The notes beneath the pieces are model-generated. The model did no database searches. It was given only the letters and a program-made list of their open reading frames with translations, and was not told where the DNA came from. A DNA stretch of 64,000 bases from Moniliella sp. 'wahieum' (lineage: Eukaryota): assembly GCA_003971905.1 (NCBI GenBank), contig RSEE01000069.1:1-64000 (forward strand), written 5' to 3'. Both the position numbers and the translations under genes were made by a program. Below, piece by piece: positions 1 to 13,848 of this stretch. Numbering within the stretch: the stretch's first letter is position 1; every line of letters starts with the position of its first letter.

Positions 1-3000
1 CATCACAACTAATGTCACACGCATCACCTACTCCGACTTTTCAAAATCCGTACACACCGCTCACAACTCAGTATATACTCTGAGCGCTGAGCATGCGCTA
101 CTCTCCCACTTCAAGCTTCACGCACCTTTTTTTGTAACGCTTGGAACGTTGAAAACGCACGTGTTGCAAGGACGCCGGCCGGCTATCCCCCCCCGCGTAA
201 AGCGGGGTGACCGGTGAAAAGACACCTTCGTCGCTATATACTTTGGCCGCTTTTATGCGTTACGGCTATTCACAGAAGGTAGTACCCAGTCCCGAGAGAA
301 GAGGTTTTGCAGGGAGGGAAAAGTCGGTGCACATTTAAGGGTGTCTACACCAAACCTCGCTATTACATGCTGGAGAACATGAAAGGGGTGTATAGATGTG
401 TGTGCCCCTGGTGTATAAACTTCCTCGAGGCGCATTTTTGGAGTGTTCTTTTCTATCGTGTGTGTGCTTCTCGTCTTCTCGTGACATGTGACAACTCTTC
501 TGCTTAATTGCTCAAGGCCATGTGTCAACCAACCTCTCGTGGCCAAAGCGTCGCCTGCCTCCTCTATTGTTCGAGAGAAGGGCCGACGTATACAATACAG
601 TGCGTGTGAGGAGCCGTCGGTCATTGGTTATTACGGACACGTACAATACGTTTTCAAGCACAAATCTCAAAAGCAACAAAACGAGCTTCACACACTCTCG
701 TCTTGTACTTCTTCTTGCCAAGATGCACACTGATGTGCTTATTGAAGGGCTTCTCGCCCCTCTGTAATCCCGTGTATTTTTTGGTGCCTGTGTGTGTCAG
801 TACTCATTACTTAGTAAATAGAAGCGCCGGGCCTTTGACAGAAGTACATGTGTTGATCATGTTGATCGGCGCGCTCTAGGCTGATTAATTACTAGTGAAA
901 AAAGCTGTTGAAGATCGAGAGATGAATGCATTATACGTTAGGCCTTTGGTCTCTCGATCGTTGATCTTGCCGATCGTGAGCACCAACCTATTGACAAGGC
1001 CTCCATCTTGTTTATTTGTCCCGCACAGATCTGCTTGGATCTGTTACTTCGTCAGGTAGAATGGATGTGTTTAACATCTGCCCTATATCCTGCATTCAAT
1101 ATTCGTATCCTTGGCGCCTTGGCACTGGCAATTACGGTATGCAGACACATCTCACATGTCATGTCACATCTCAAGATCTCAAGCTTGAAGCTTGAAGCTT
1201 GACAGTCTCAGAGATCCCTAGCGTCGTTTAATGTTTAGTACTTAGTTGTTACCAGAGTTGGGACTACTTACGCAGCGTTACGCGTTACGCCTCTCTCGAC
1301 AACATGAATTACGTGTTACGTGTTACGATCGTACCGGATGGGCGAGCTTCCTGCTGTGTGCCGGACGTATATGCCTCGTGTGCCGAGCTCGAAACTGTTT
1401 CGCGTTTCGTCCCAGTCCTGGCACTTAGATCTATAGCTTTTGCAACTGAGATGGATTCGACAGGTACCGCCGGTCCCGGCCATCTGGCATGCAACACATG
1501 CACATCATTGATCACTCGATCACTGATCATCCATCCTGTTACAGTGCTCGTGACTAGTGCTAGTGATTGCCAGTGACTGTCACATGTCACTGGGGAAAGT
1601 CGGGACAATGCTAGTGCCGGTGCAAGTGCTAGTGCTAGTGATTAGTGATGGATCAACAAAAAGATCAAAAACCTTTTCTTGTGTTTCTATTCCCGCAAAG
1701 CAACCCCAGGTTCCGATCAGCTGCTGAGCCGCCAGTCAAGCTACGTTTGGACGTTAGGTTGTGCGCAGTGGCGGTTCCTAGGTGCGAGGTATACTTACAG
1801 GAGGCTACATTCCAGTTGAGAAGGACGCAACGGTGATCATCTCACGGATCGATGATATGGTACTGCTTAGGCTAAGCGCTAAACCCCACAACATGAGTGC
1901 CTGTCTCGAGCCGTTCAATCTTATATGCGACGAGTTTTACACTACTTTCCTTCGTGCTACTCCATCTCAATGTGCTGGCTCGCTGCTTCGAGGCGGAAGA
2001 AATGGTTCCGATTGCACGGCTCGTTGGAGGAGAGAGCAACATTCCGACCTCTTGTGTGCTTGAGCTCATGAGTGTCATGGCGTGCCTACTTCAAGGTTAT
2101 ACACGTTTAACGTTTAACGCTTAACGACCAACGCTCAACCTTCACGTTCAACATTAACTTCGGCCGGCGAATGTCGGCGACACAGACCAGTTGTGGCCAC
2201 ACACTACACTCAATAGATGACCTGCCCAACACAACAGCATGCCGCTGTCCAACCAAACACTTAGTTACTCAAAGAGGGGTATCCTAGGGTACCCTCCCGC
2301 CCTCTCTTCTCCTTCGCGACTGGGGTACCGTCGTGATTGATGATTCTACAGAATCTTTGATCACCTCTTCTCTCAGATCTCACATCGCATCGGCTCATAT
2401 CGTCTCTCTCTCCGTTCCTAGCCACGTGCGGAGGCACATGAGTATTGAGTACTGAGTACTGAGTACTCATCGATCGATCATCAGCATACATGGGAGGGTA
2501 CATGGCCTACCGTCACGCTCCCTTAACCATTATCGAGTATCGCAGAGAGCTATCATTTAGCAACTTAACAAACTGTGGGCCTGAGAGGCCTGAGATCTGA
2601 GACCTAGGGACCGGCACCGACAACCTTGGAGCTTGGCCGGACCAAGAGACGGCAGTAGAGTACACAGTAGAGCAACAATAGAGCGCACCACTAAAGCACA
2701 GCACTACAGCATTAGGGACCTGCAGATCACTTTGGAGCACTGTAGAGCACAGTGGAGCAACGTCGATCGAACAGATCAGCGGCATATTATGCTTTCTGAT
2801 ATGGTACGAGCATCACATGCACTGTATAGCGTGCGGTCGGGGTTCCTATCTCATCAATCGTACCACCTTTTCTCTTCGTTTTGCCCTTCGTGTACCCTAT
2901 ACGTCGCCGCGCGCCGGGGTGTGTGAAGGACATGGGACGATGGTTGATTCACGAAGAACGCGTAACGAGGCGTCGTGCTGCAATTAAGGGGACAGGAAGA

Positions 3001-3214
3001 CCCACCTACCAACAGAACGACAACATGTAATGTTGGAACAGAGGCACTCCCGCTCTCTGCCAGTGCTTTTCCTCCTCATATTGATTGATGCTTGTGTACC
3101 TCCCCCACCCCTCATATAAAACGGAGAGAGAGGAGAGGCTTTCTATGGATCCCCATCCCACTTGTCCCCCCTTCCACTCCTTTACACTCCAAGTGTCCCT
3201 CCCCAGGCCCCAAC

Positions 3215-4790
3215 ATGCACCTCCGCTCTTTATTCCGTTCGTCGCATTCGCTTCTCTTTGGCCCGTGCCGATCCCATCCGCGGTGTCAGTCTAGGGTACG
3301 TTTCCCAGTATCTGTTTATTTATTTCCCTTCTTGTATACTGCAAAATGGGGTATACGGGAGGCTGTGGCTCCTTCATCTGCTTCCCCGCGCACTATCCTA
3401 CCCCGCGTATCTATTTCCGAGCGCACAGATCGAGAGACTGACACTGTTGATGGATTCCCGTACTCTTTCGTACACAGCGGCTGGTTGCTGGCTGAAAAGT
3501 GGATGGTACCATCGCTCTTCCAACAGACGGGTAACGATAGCGTAGTGGACGAGTGGACGTTTGGATCGGTCTCCAACGCCCAGGAGTTGCTCACCAACAT
3601 TGGGAGCATTTCATCACCGAATCGGATTTCCAAAAGATGAGCGATGCTGGACTCAACTTTGTTCGGTACGTTTCTCTCCCCTCGTTTCCCTTGCCAAAAG
3701 AAGAGGCTCTAGGCCATGCCGACGGAGGATGCCCATGATGCCCAGGAGAGGTGGTTTCAAAGCCACGGAACACTCACTGACTTGCTGGAACATCAACCCG
3801 GCTACCCAACTACACAGGATCCCGATAGGCTATTGGGCATACGACAAGGATGACGACGAACCCTATGTCAAGGCCAACCAGACCGCCTACCTGTCGCGTG
3901 CGGTTGGATGGGCCAACCAGCACGGAATCCAAGTCATGGTCGATCTGCACGGCGTGCCAGGCTCGCAGAATGGGCAAGCCACCTCGGGCCATAAGGGACC
4001 GATCGCATGGCAGAAGAGTGCCTCGAATGCCCAGCGCGCCCAAGCAGTTATTTCCCAAATCAGCAACGACCTCAAAGGCAAAGTAAGTCATATTGAACTG
4101 ATCAACGAGCCTTTTCTCGACCGCCCCATTGCCAACTTGACCACCTACACCAAAAACTATTACGAGGCGGCGTACCCGACCACCCAGCCGAGCTTCACCG
4201 GGGTTCTGCACGACGGATTCCTTCCCCTGTCCAGCTGGGACGGCTTTTTGCCAGGAAGCATGCTGGATACCCATATCTACATTGGCCTGCAACCGTACCG
4301 TGGCATGGATCGTACGTCTCCTCCCCCCCTCCCCCCTTTGTGCCGAAGCGAAAAGAGCGGCTGTTTTGCGCATGGTCAAGGGACTGTATAGCTGACCTCG
4401 GTTCACGTGCCCAGCCAATGCGACGGTCCCAGCGTACGACAACATTACCGACACGAACCTGCGGCAGATCTGCCAGCTCAAGGGCACGTTGGCCGCAAGC
4501 CAAGCGCACCACGCGACGCTGGTGGGGGAGTTTACGCTGACGCAGACCCGTCTTCGGCGCAGCGGCGGGGGATGGTGGGGGTGCATAAGAAGCGGGCGAC
4601 GCGGGACCAGGTGGCGTACCGCAAGGCGCTGTTTGACACGCAGCGGGCGGTGTACGAGGAGAATGGGGCGGGGTGGTCGATGTGGACGTGGAAGATGGAC
4701 TATGCGAGTCCGTGGAGCTACGAGACGGGGCTGCGCAACGGCTGGATCACACGCGACCTCGCGTCACGTGGCGCGGCGGCTGCGTGCTAA
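3215..4790 (+). CDS. Secreted glycoside hydrolase family 5 exo-beta-1,3-glucanase (EXG1-like), multi-exon
   Basis: Splicing intron 3296-3477 (GTACGT..CTGAC..CAG) gives IRGVSLG/GWLLAEKWMVPSLF. Later motifs are VDEWTF, NFVR/IPIGYWA, MVDLHGVPGSQNG, the acid/base motif ELINEP, the nucleophile motif LVGEF and C-terminal GWSMWTWK. Further introns start near 3666 and 4312. Some frameshifts are present. Confidence 0.93.
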
Positions 4791-5037
4791 GCCTTAGCGC
4801 TAAGGGTAGATTGGGATGGGATGGGAATAGCAATGGGACACTGGCGATCCACATCGCAGGGATTACGTACAGACGCAGATAGCGAGATACTAGACGAAAT
4901 GTTCAACTGCATTCCGCCGTGTCTGCTCCGCTGCGGCTGACCAGCGGTGGCCGCGACGAATGGGAAGAAATACGAGCACTCGCTCCCGCTCCTCTGCCCG
5001 ACCTTCCCGCCCCGCCCGCCGCCCCACCGGGCGCCCA

Positions 5038-7341
5038 TGGCCGCCCTCGCCACGCTCCGGCCCAGCCCGCGCGCGCTCGCGCTGGCCGTTGCGCGGCCCA
5101 GCCCATGCCCCTACCACACCCTCGTCCCCGCCCTCGCCCCCCGCCGCCGCGCCGCTTCCCGCCGCCCTCCGACCCGCTCCTGGCCAGCCTGCGCAGCACC
5201 CCGCCCGCCCCGCCCGCGCCCGCGCCCGCGCCCGCCCCCTTCCTTGCTCCCTGCACCTTTCCCTCGCCCGCCCCCGCCCCCGGCCCCCGCACGCCCCCGC
5301 CACGCCCCCCCCGCCCACCGCCATCTGCTCTCGCTCCAGCTGCCTGCGTCCACACGTGACCGCCTCCTCCACCGCTGCTGCCGCGCCCTCTTGCAGCGCC
5401 GCCTCTCCCCCCAGGACGCCCTTGCCCAGCTCTACCACGATCTCCTCCACGCCCTCCGCCCTGCGCCCGCCCAGCGAGAGCGCATCGCCAACGAGGCGCG
5501 TTCTTCTTCTCGCCCGCCTCGTCAGCATCAGCATGCCCGACCAGGCCTGTCTGCCGAAAAAACGCCCCAGCCATCCGCACCCTCAATCGGCCCACGTCGC
5601 CCGTTCCCTCCTCCCTGCCAAATCCGCCCCGTTCCAAGCACCGCGCAACCGGCCCCACTTCCACTCCCCGCTCCAGTACTGGTACTTTATCATGGCTCAG
5701 TTTGCTCCCCCACCGCTGCTGTCGGAACGAAACGAAGTGACGGTGCTGCCGCTCCCGCAGGCTTCGGTGGAGCGTGTGCAGGTGCTTGCGAGTTTTACCA
5801 AGCCATCTGCCCCACGGTGGACAAGCGCGAGGCACTGGACATTGCCAAGGTCCAGAACAGACACTCTATTATCTCTTTGACCTGCTCTTTGCCCAACTCT
5901 CCCTGGCCCTCTCCGATCTCCGGGCCGGCGAGGTGCCCGACCCACATAACCTTGCTCCCCAAGGTGAATTGCACTTTGTCCTCCACACCCTCTCCCTTCT
6001 CTTGGCCGATCCCATTCTTCGTCCAACCATGGCCCGCTTGGCCACACGACGCTTGATTGCCCTCTTGTCGGAACATACCCGTCTCCTCCTCCGGGTCGCC
6101 AACGACGCCCACCATGCCGCATCCACCTCGTCCCCCAAGCGCCGGAGAAACCTTGCTCACATCCTTGACCAGGCTCAACAGGGTACCCACCTTTTCCGAC
6201 AAACCCTCCTGGATCATATTCCTTGCTTTGACGGCGCTCGCTACCGCGGCTTGAGCTTTGAACACGACACGGGGCTCAGACATGGTACACGCTCTTGTCC
6301 ACCTTATCTTTGGACGTGGCCACTCACCCCCTCCTGCTCGCTATGGTCCAAAAGCTGAGACGACAATGGCAAGCTGCATACACCACCCCAGGGGTGTGGG
6401 ACAGCTTTCGCCCCGACGTGGACCGACGGCGAGTGGTGGTGTTGATGCAGTCGCTGTTGCTCCTTCGAAACGATGGTCAACTCTGGGACGAGCGACCGCA
6501 TTTTCCCCTCCGACCTCAGATGCTCGTTGCGCCCAACGGAGAACAAGTGGAACTGTGCCCTGAGAGCCACCGTACGCTCTCCATCTATTCCACCTTCTCC
6601 CCCGCGCTGCTCGTAGCCGACAGCTCGCCCATCTCCTCCTCTCGGTCTGGGGGAACATCCACTCAACCATCTCCGCCCGCTCCCTCCGGCACCGGGAACC
6701 AAGATGCCTTGTCTCCGGCCCCACCTAGCCTCACGGGCATGGACTCAAATCTCAACATGGACATGGACATGGATATGGATACGGATACGGACGTGGGCAT
6801 GGACTCGGGCTTACCCGTGCTCACACTCGTCCTCATCCTCATGCTCGGCCATTCGACCCGGCTGCAGGACAGGAGGCGCGCATGCAGCCATGTGGCATAC
6901 GTACCTTGCTTCCTACCCTGTCGGAGCAGATACGTTCCGCGCCCGCTTTGCCTCGCACCTGCTCCATGGCGCTGCGCACCGCATCGACGAGGACCTGGCT
7001 TACCTCCGTGCCCAAGGACAGCACGCACTCTTGCGTGCGTCCTGGACAGATGAGATGGACCAACATGCATCATGCCTGGCGTGTGGTGGGACGGGTGCTG
7101 TGCTCGTATTCGTACTGGTATTCGTAGGGATGGAGGCAGGGATGGAGGCAGGATGGAGGTAGGGATGGAGGTAGGGATGGAGGGTAGGGATGGAGGTAGG
7201 GATGGAGGTAGGGATGGAGGTAGGGATGGAGGCAGGGCGTGCGGAGTGCGAGTGAGAGTGCGAGTGCGAGTGCAAGTGCGAGTGCCGGCTGCTGCGATCC
7301 ATGAGAGCATGCCGGTCGGGGCGACAATCGAGGCGGCATGA
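5038..7341 (+). CDS. Hypothetical protein with a Pro-rich N-terminus and a Leu-rich helical body; frameshifted, family not recognised
   Basis: Chain of overlapping + strand ORFs (4947..6056, 5774..6358, 6295..7053, 6704..7162) with protein-like amphipathic segments such as LHFVLHTLSLLLADPILRPTMARLATRRLIALL. No motif recognised and the ends are uncertain. Confidence 0.5.
7127..7237 (+). repeat. 12-bp tandem repeat (GGGATGGAGGYA)n, about 9 copies
   Basis: Read directly from the sequence. Confidence 0.9.
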
Positions 7342-7797
7342 GGTGTTGACACGGTGGATGGGGTGTGAGATCGCATGTGACGGGCAGCTGCACGTGAGTG
7401 GGTTGTGAGCCCTACCATTCCGATTCCTCGATCCTCAATCACGCGAATCACGATCATTAATTTCTTTAGTCATTCGTCGCTCAGAAGCAATCCTCACGCC
7501 TGCGTTGAGCCATTATGCATTGGTTCCCAAGTGTACAAGTGTATCACGCCGACAGAGCTCTCAGGACCTGTAGTACTTAGTACTTAGCATGTCACACCAG
7601 TCGCCTGAGCGGTGCTGGACGCGGCCTGGATGCTGCTACTGACTCACCTCATGCCCTGCCTCTTCCCCACCACCCGCACCTTCCCCGCCACCACCTTACC
7701 ACCGCCACCGCCACCGCCACGCCACCGCCACACCACACACACACACCGATGCAGACCGGCCGGGCGTGCCCGCCCGCACGCCCGCGCCAGGCGGTCG

Positions 7798-8760
7798 ATG
7801 CCGCTGCTCACTTCCTACGACGTTGAGCCCCGCGCCTCGCCACTGCCCGACGCGCATTCGACCTGCAACCCGCCGAGCTCGTTCGCCGTCGTGCCTCCTC
7901 CTCCTTTCTCGCCGCCCCCCTTCTCCTGCCCCTTCCGATGCCGACCAGGCCGACGACGAGGGCACCTGCACCTCCTTTGATCGCCCTCGCACGTACTTTG
8001 GTTCTGCATCTGCATCTGCATCCGCATCCGCATCCACATCCGCATCCACATCCGTATTCGCATCCACATCCGCATCTGCTCACCTCGCTCGACGACCACA
8101 TTGGTCCCGATCCCCTCGTCTGTCGTCGCTGCCTCTCCACCTGTCCCTCCCTCGCCCGATGCCGGTGCCCGTGCCGGTGTCGGTGCCTTCCCCCCTTTCC
8201 CCCTCTACCCGTTCCACCCCCCACTCACCCCGCACACACACAAATATTCCTACTCGGCCCTTACTATCTCGTCTTCTCGTACCCTCCTCCCCTGTCTTGC
8301 CCAACGACTGGCCCACTGCCTCGCCCACCAGAACTCGTCTACCAACCGCCCGTCTACCACGCACTCGCCTACCAAGGACTCGCCTAGTAAGAACTGGGAC
8401 ATCTCCGACCTTCTCCAGCAGATTGACGAACTACGCTTCCCCGTGTCCCCATTAACCTGGCCTGCGCCTCCTGCGCCTGAGCTGGACATGGGGTCCGGGG
8501 TTGATGAGACGAGGGATGCCCTTCCTCTTCCTGTTGTTCCTACCGAGGAAGAAGATGACATTGCCCTAATCGGTTCGGGTTCTGGTTCGGACGAGGAGAA
8601 GGAGAAGGCAAAGGAGAAGGACAAGGAGAAGGGAATCCGAAAGAGAGGGAAAAGGAATACGAGGGGGAGCTACTACCTTTTGCCTCGTCGACCGGGATCG
8701 GAAAGGACGTGTGGGCGGCTCCCGTGTCAGCAGAGGGCTATGCTGCGCTTTGGACCTAGC
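7798..8760 (+). CDS. Hypothetical low-complexity (Pro/Ser/His-rich) protein
   Basis: ATG in MPLLTSYDVEPRASPLP, followed by frameshifted segments including WDISDLLQQIDELRFPVSPLTWP and an acidic/Lys-rich stretch. No known domain recognised. Confidence 0.4.
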
Positions 8761-9397
8761 TACCGTCCCTCCCGAATGGGCGGACGAACCGTTCGGGTTG
8801 GCTCTTGCAGAGCCAGAGGGAGCACCAGCGTAGGTCTCGTTCCTTCTTCTTCGTTCCTGTCTACGCAGCGCGCGTCACCTTTCTTTCGACTTTTCCCCCG
8901 TGTCGATCGGGAGGGGACGGAACATGTTGGAACAGTGGTGGTAGACCTCAAGGAACGTGTTGCTTCCCTTTCGCGTCACGTTGCGGTGCTGGTATCGACT
9001 TGGCTTACGTTTATTTCGCTGGTGCTCTGTGCAGGCGTGTTCCTCTGTCGTACGTCCTCTTTTTTCCTACCCCCCCTCCCCTTGCTCTCCTATGCGATGC
9101 GGGTGCATGCTGGGCCAAGAGCTACGCTGACCCTTGTTGCTTTTAGACGGGGACCTCGTCGAACCCTTGCCTTGTCCAACGGCCGGTAGTTGTTGATGTG
9201 CCAGACTTTGTTTTGTCTTGTGTGGTTTGTGTGTGTATTATGCTGTTTCATGGGGCGCATCAATTGGTATGCATGTATGGGTAACTGGACAAGGCCTAAT
9301 GGGCCGCCTTTTGCATGCTTCGCAGTCAAGGATAGAGGGAGGTAGGGGGAGGTAGGTGGAAGTAGTGGGAGGGATAGGTGGACGGGACGACGCCAAA

Positions 9398-12377
9398 CTA
9401 GCCCATCAACTTGTACTTATCCCAATGCATCTCTTGATGCAGAACGCCATCCAGGATGAGCTCTGCCGTCCAGACTCGGACGGGACTGCCATCAACACAC
9501 CGGTCCCCGCTCAGTTGCGCCCACACACGCCGATCCGTCTCGGACGAAATGACGTGCACTGTATCTGGAAGGCAGGATGCTATCCACGTTGAGCGACTTT
9601 TTGCTCTTGCCCCCCGCCGCCTGCACCACCCTCCGTAACACTTCCTCCGAGGGCGTCACCTTGGCCGTAAAGAGGAACGTGTGGCCAGCAAGAAGCTCCC
9701 CTCGACTTCGCCTTCGTGCCAACGAACTTCGCCAATGTCATGCCCCGCAGCTCTTCATTCTTCTTGTCCTGCAACGCATACGCACTGGCTTCCCCCACCT
9801 CGTGATCCCGCAGCAGCACCGCCATCCACGCTGGCGTCACCACCTCCACCCCGCGCGCCACCGCACAGAGCAACTTGGGCGTTCGCTGCAAGGACGCCGC
9901 CACTAGCACCTCGGTCTTCTCTGTCACTTCCGCTTGCATCCACCACCCAAGCTTGCGCAGCTGCTTCTCATCGGCTGCTGAAACCTCCACGGCGGGGTAG
10001 TGGCAAAGTACCGTTTCTTGGCCGCTCCAGGTGTAGTTGGCGTTGGCCCCCTCGTCGCGTCTCCCTCGACCCCGGCCCCTCTCTCGTGGCGTGGCCACAG
10101 GCGAGGAGCTCACCTGCTCCCCCTGACGCCTGCGCAGGATAGTCCTTCTCTTTCTTGGCTGTCTCCTTCGCTCCGTCTTGGAGGCAGGAACGGTCTTCGC
10201 TTTTTTGTGGGACTCCGGCGTGGCCCCGTTGGCCTCCACACCTCCTGCCTGTATTATTTCCGCCGTCTCGTTCTCCAGCTTCGATGCTGGAGGAGCAGGC
10301 ACCACCTTCTTCTTCCTGTCGCGCACGGGCTCTGCTTCGGTTCGTCTTCTTGGGACAGGCGTCGCCTCTTGCCTGTGGTCGCTTGGCGCGGCTAGCTACT
10401 GCTCCTTAAGCAGTGCCTCCTCTCAAGCGGCAGCTGTTCCCTAGTTACGTGCCCATCTGTTGCTGTTTGGGGTGCAGTGCGGGCGCGCGCATCGCCCTCA
10501 AGGGCGTGTGTGCCAGGTGTCCCACCTGCGTGCTCCTCTGGCTCTGACTCTGGCTCTACCTCGTTCTCTTGCGCCGCAGCCACCTTGCGCCTCATTGGGC
10601 TTCCTCGTTCATCCCGGCGGCGCATTGAGATGGCCTTTCTGAGCCAAGGACTGGTCGGTTGACCTTCAACCCACTTGGTCGCTTGCGCAATCCACGGTCC
10701 AGAATCTTGGGTCAGTTTCGCCCGCCCCCACCTGATCTTGCATCTTGATGTCAGAGGGAATTGGGTGAAGGAGGGACGAGCTTGGACAGGGCAGTTGCTC
10801 CACGTTGCCAGACAATGTTCCAACCAGGTATGGTTGATTACCTTGATCCCCCATGAAGTGGCTCGTTTCGCCTTGTCGCCGCGTAAGGAGGCGGTGATGA
10901 GATGGGTTTGCGGCTGCTCATCTCGGGGGTCCAATGAGCGCCTGCGCGGCGCACCAACTCTTTCAGGTACGAGCGCGCTTCACCCGTATAGTTGCTCAGG
11001 CTAAAGACATAGTCTGGGAAGTGGTCAATGGGCCGCGAGGGGCAGGGCGAATGCAGAAGTTGGTCCATCGGGTCGACCAGATGGCCGTACGCAATCACAT
11101 ACCACAGCCAACTGCTCGTAGCCGTTTGCCCAGGTACAACGCCCACTTGGCCGCATCGGAATCTCGGAACGAAGTCACCACCACATCGCTCTCCATCACG
11201 ACGAGGCTAGTTCGGTGGTCGCGTCGCTCCACCCAGGTGCCACCGTGGTCGATGACACTTTTTGTACCATGGCCAGCGAAGCTTCGCTCACTTCTTCGTT
11301 GGAAGGAACAGCAGCTTGAGTCCCTGAGCGCGTCTTTCCGCTGGAACAAAGCCACGCGACCTTCTTTAGGGGCAGTAAACAGGTGGACGGGATCCAAATT
11401 GGATGGCCCGAGGGGGCCAGAGGGACGTTCGACGTGTTGCCTAGGCGCCTCAGGACCTCGCAACGCTTGTTCGGGATTGAGATGAAAACGGAGGAGGTTC
11501 GCCGCGTAAAAAGGGTGGAAGACCTGGGTGATCCAAGGGCCAAGCAAATGCATCGACAGAGAGGAGGGTAGTAAACTTGATACACTCATTGACCCAGGCG
11601 GGGTGGACAGCAAGCATAGACAAGTCCCGGTTCTCCTCCTTGCGCACAACAGCCAAGCTACTCGAGTCTTCTAGAGGGGTAATGATGTGCGTCACCTCCT
11701 TTGTCAAGTTGAGCGGTAGTGTCCGCCCAGACTCTGGATCGCGCCCAAGATCAGCTCGGATTCAGTCGGGCATTCGCGATAGATGCACCACCACTCCACT
11801 GAAGATGCGAGCTGTGGTCAGGAGAGAAGTACCGCTCCGCCTGCCGCGTAGCCAGCGCAGAAGAACGCACCACCCACTCGGGACTGACCACTGTGCACGC
11901 GTCATGTCCCGCTCCTCTGCAACCCATCCGCTTGCGGATCCCCACACTGATCGTACTCGGGAAACGCAATGGAGTGCGTCACAACGTGCGTCACCACGTC
12001 CGGATCGAATCGGTACCCGGCAGCGGGTCGACTTGCTCGCCCCGGCCCTCGCCCGGAGACGATCTACACCTTCGAACGCCATCTGGGTTCTGCGCATCCC
12101 ATTCGGTTGCACCAGCTCATGAGAAGGGCGCGGATCTTAAGTACGTCAGTAGGGGGGCGTAGGCGAAAGGGCGCAAGGGAGGGGGACTAGTTACAGTATG
12201 AGTTTCGTCAGCGTCCAGTCGGTGTTGAGGAAGAAGATGACGTCGCGCATATCGGGCAGCGCGACAGCTGGGCTGGGGCAGGTGGGGCCATGGTGGCCGA
12301 GGAGAACAGGACGCGGGCAAGGGCGAGGTAGCGGCACCGGCAGCGAAGGTGGTGGTAGTGGTGGTGGCGAAATCCAT
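9398..12377 (-). CDS. Multi-BRCT DNA-damage scaffold protein, Rtt107/Brc1/PTIP-like
   Basis: Successive BRCT-type segments: VVSPEWVVRS..YFSPD/IFSGVVV, VTHIIT..VHPAWVNECI, SSWLWYVI..LLHSP, FSLSNYTGEARSYLKELVRRAGA, THLITA..VINHTWLEHCL. A low-complexity linker leads to a C-terminal BRCT pair (VLVAASLQRTPKLLCAVARGVEVVTPAWM; LLAGHTFLFT..LRRVVQAAGG..ELILDGVLHQ). Probable intron near 12140-12194. The start is tentative. Confidence 0.85.
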
Positions 12378-12829
12378 CGCGTCGCGTAGGTGGGGGGCAG
12401 CGGTTACGCGACGCGTTCTGGCCACAAAGACTCAGCGCTCAGCCTGACTGGCGCAGCGCCAGTGTGCGTCGGCACGGATCCTCTCGCTTATCCCACATCG
12501 ATGATCCGTTTTAGGCGAAGCAATCAATACTCCGCCGCAACTCTCCTCAACGTCCTCGCTGGCCGCGATGAGTCGGCAGTGGGCCCGCGGTTACAACAGC
12601 GAGTTGTGCGATGCGTAGGGATGGACCGATCGTCTTCGCCAGCGGACGAACCGCTGGAGCAAACAGGTGCAACGGGAGAAGTCCAGCCCGCGCCCCGGCC
12701 GAGGGGCAGGAGGACGCATACGTAAGCACAGCGGTGTCCCTTGCCTCATCGATCACCCGTGGGGTCACGCGACGCGGGGCAGAATCGATCCACCGACAGC
12801 CAACTCACATCGCTCCCCCCTCTTGTGCC

Positions 12830-13398
12830 ATGTCGTCGCCCAAGCGTCGGATCGAGACAGACATGAAGCTGTTGACGAGCAACTACGAGATTGGGATCCT
12901 TTCTCTCAGGTGTGTTTTGGTCGAGAGTACACCCACATCCGCACATCCCAACCAGCCCCATTTGCCGATTGGATGTGGAAGATTTATGGAGCTACCAGCG
13001 GAGATGACCCTTACCATCAATAGCCGTCGATTGACTTTCGCAACCAGATATTCCATCCCAACATTGACGAAGTCACAGGCTCCGTGTCTCGATGTGATCA
13101 CAACCGAGGCAGGGACACCCGGCCTCTACGGCCGGATCAATGCATTTGAGTCAGTCCCCGCAGCTGCTGCGTTGGCGGGATGCTGGCCGCCCCATCAAGG
13201 GTGAAGCCGCTACGCTTTTCATCGGTTAGCTCGAAGCTGTAATACCAAAGGGTGAGGGGATATGTGCCTAAGTGCTACGCCTCGTCCGCTGCCGTGGCCG
13301 AGGGTGAGAGAATGAGGAAGAGGATGAAGAGAGCGAGGAGGAAGGCATAGAGATGTCTCATTTAGTGGCGAGGACGAGGCTGCCGCATGGACCTCTAA
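12830..13398 (+). pseudogene. UBC8: Ubiquitin-conjugating enzyme E2 of the UBC8/UBE2H type, heavily degenerate (pseudogene or very poor local consensus)
   Basis: MSSPKRRIETD-MKLL N-terminus, IFHPNIDEVTGS(VC)LDVI core, PQLLR, GEAA and an acidic tail ending ..EDEAA..MDL*. It has many indels, in-frame stops and non-conservative substitutions, and the FxVKFxGP segment is not found. Confidence 0.8.
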
Positions 13399-13848
13399 CG
13401 GTGCGCTGTCCACTTCCCTATTTTTATCGACCACTGTTGAATATATTGATCCCGTCCTCTGAACATCATCCCACAGATCCAATAGCCGATGAGTCTTTCA
13501 CATGCATGCCAATGCAGGCAGCGTAGTGGTGGTGGCCTTGTCCAGCAACCTCGGCGGGAGAATTGGCGCAGTCCATAGCGTATTTCGTACGCGTGCGGTT
13601 ACCGCGTATAGCTGTTGGTTTTATAGCTGTTGGTCGCGGTTACGCTGCGCGTTTGATTAGGCCGCCGGTCCGATGTGCGGTGTGGTGCCGGCGTCCGCAG
13701 CGGGCGCTAGCGCTGTGCCTGACGCCACGTGTGATGGTAGGGTTGCCGCCCCCTCCTTTCGCCACGCCTCAGGTGAGGCCTCAGGGCACCTGCCCCGCCC
13801 CATCGCGACACGACCCACCACCTTTTCTGCGTTGCAGCTTGCTTAGCC

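Noticed and set aside
4890..5835. Long Gly/Arg/Ala-rich antisense ORFs here and at ~54.8-55.7 kb
   Set aside because: These are shadow ORFs caused by very high GC opposite Pro-rich coding sequence.
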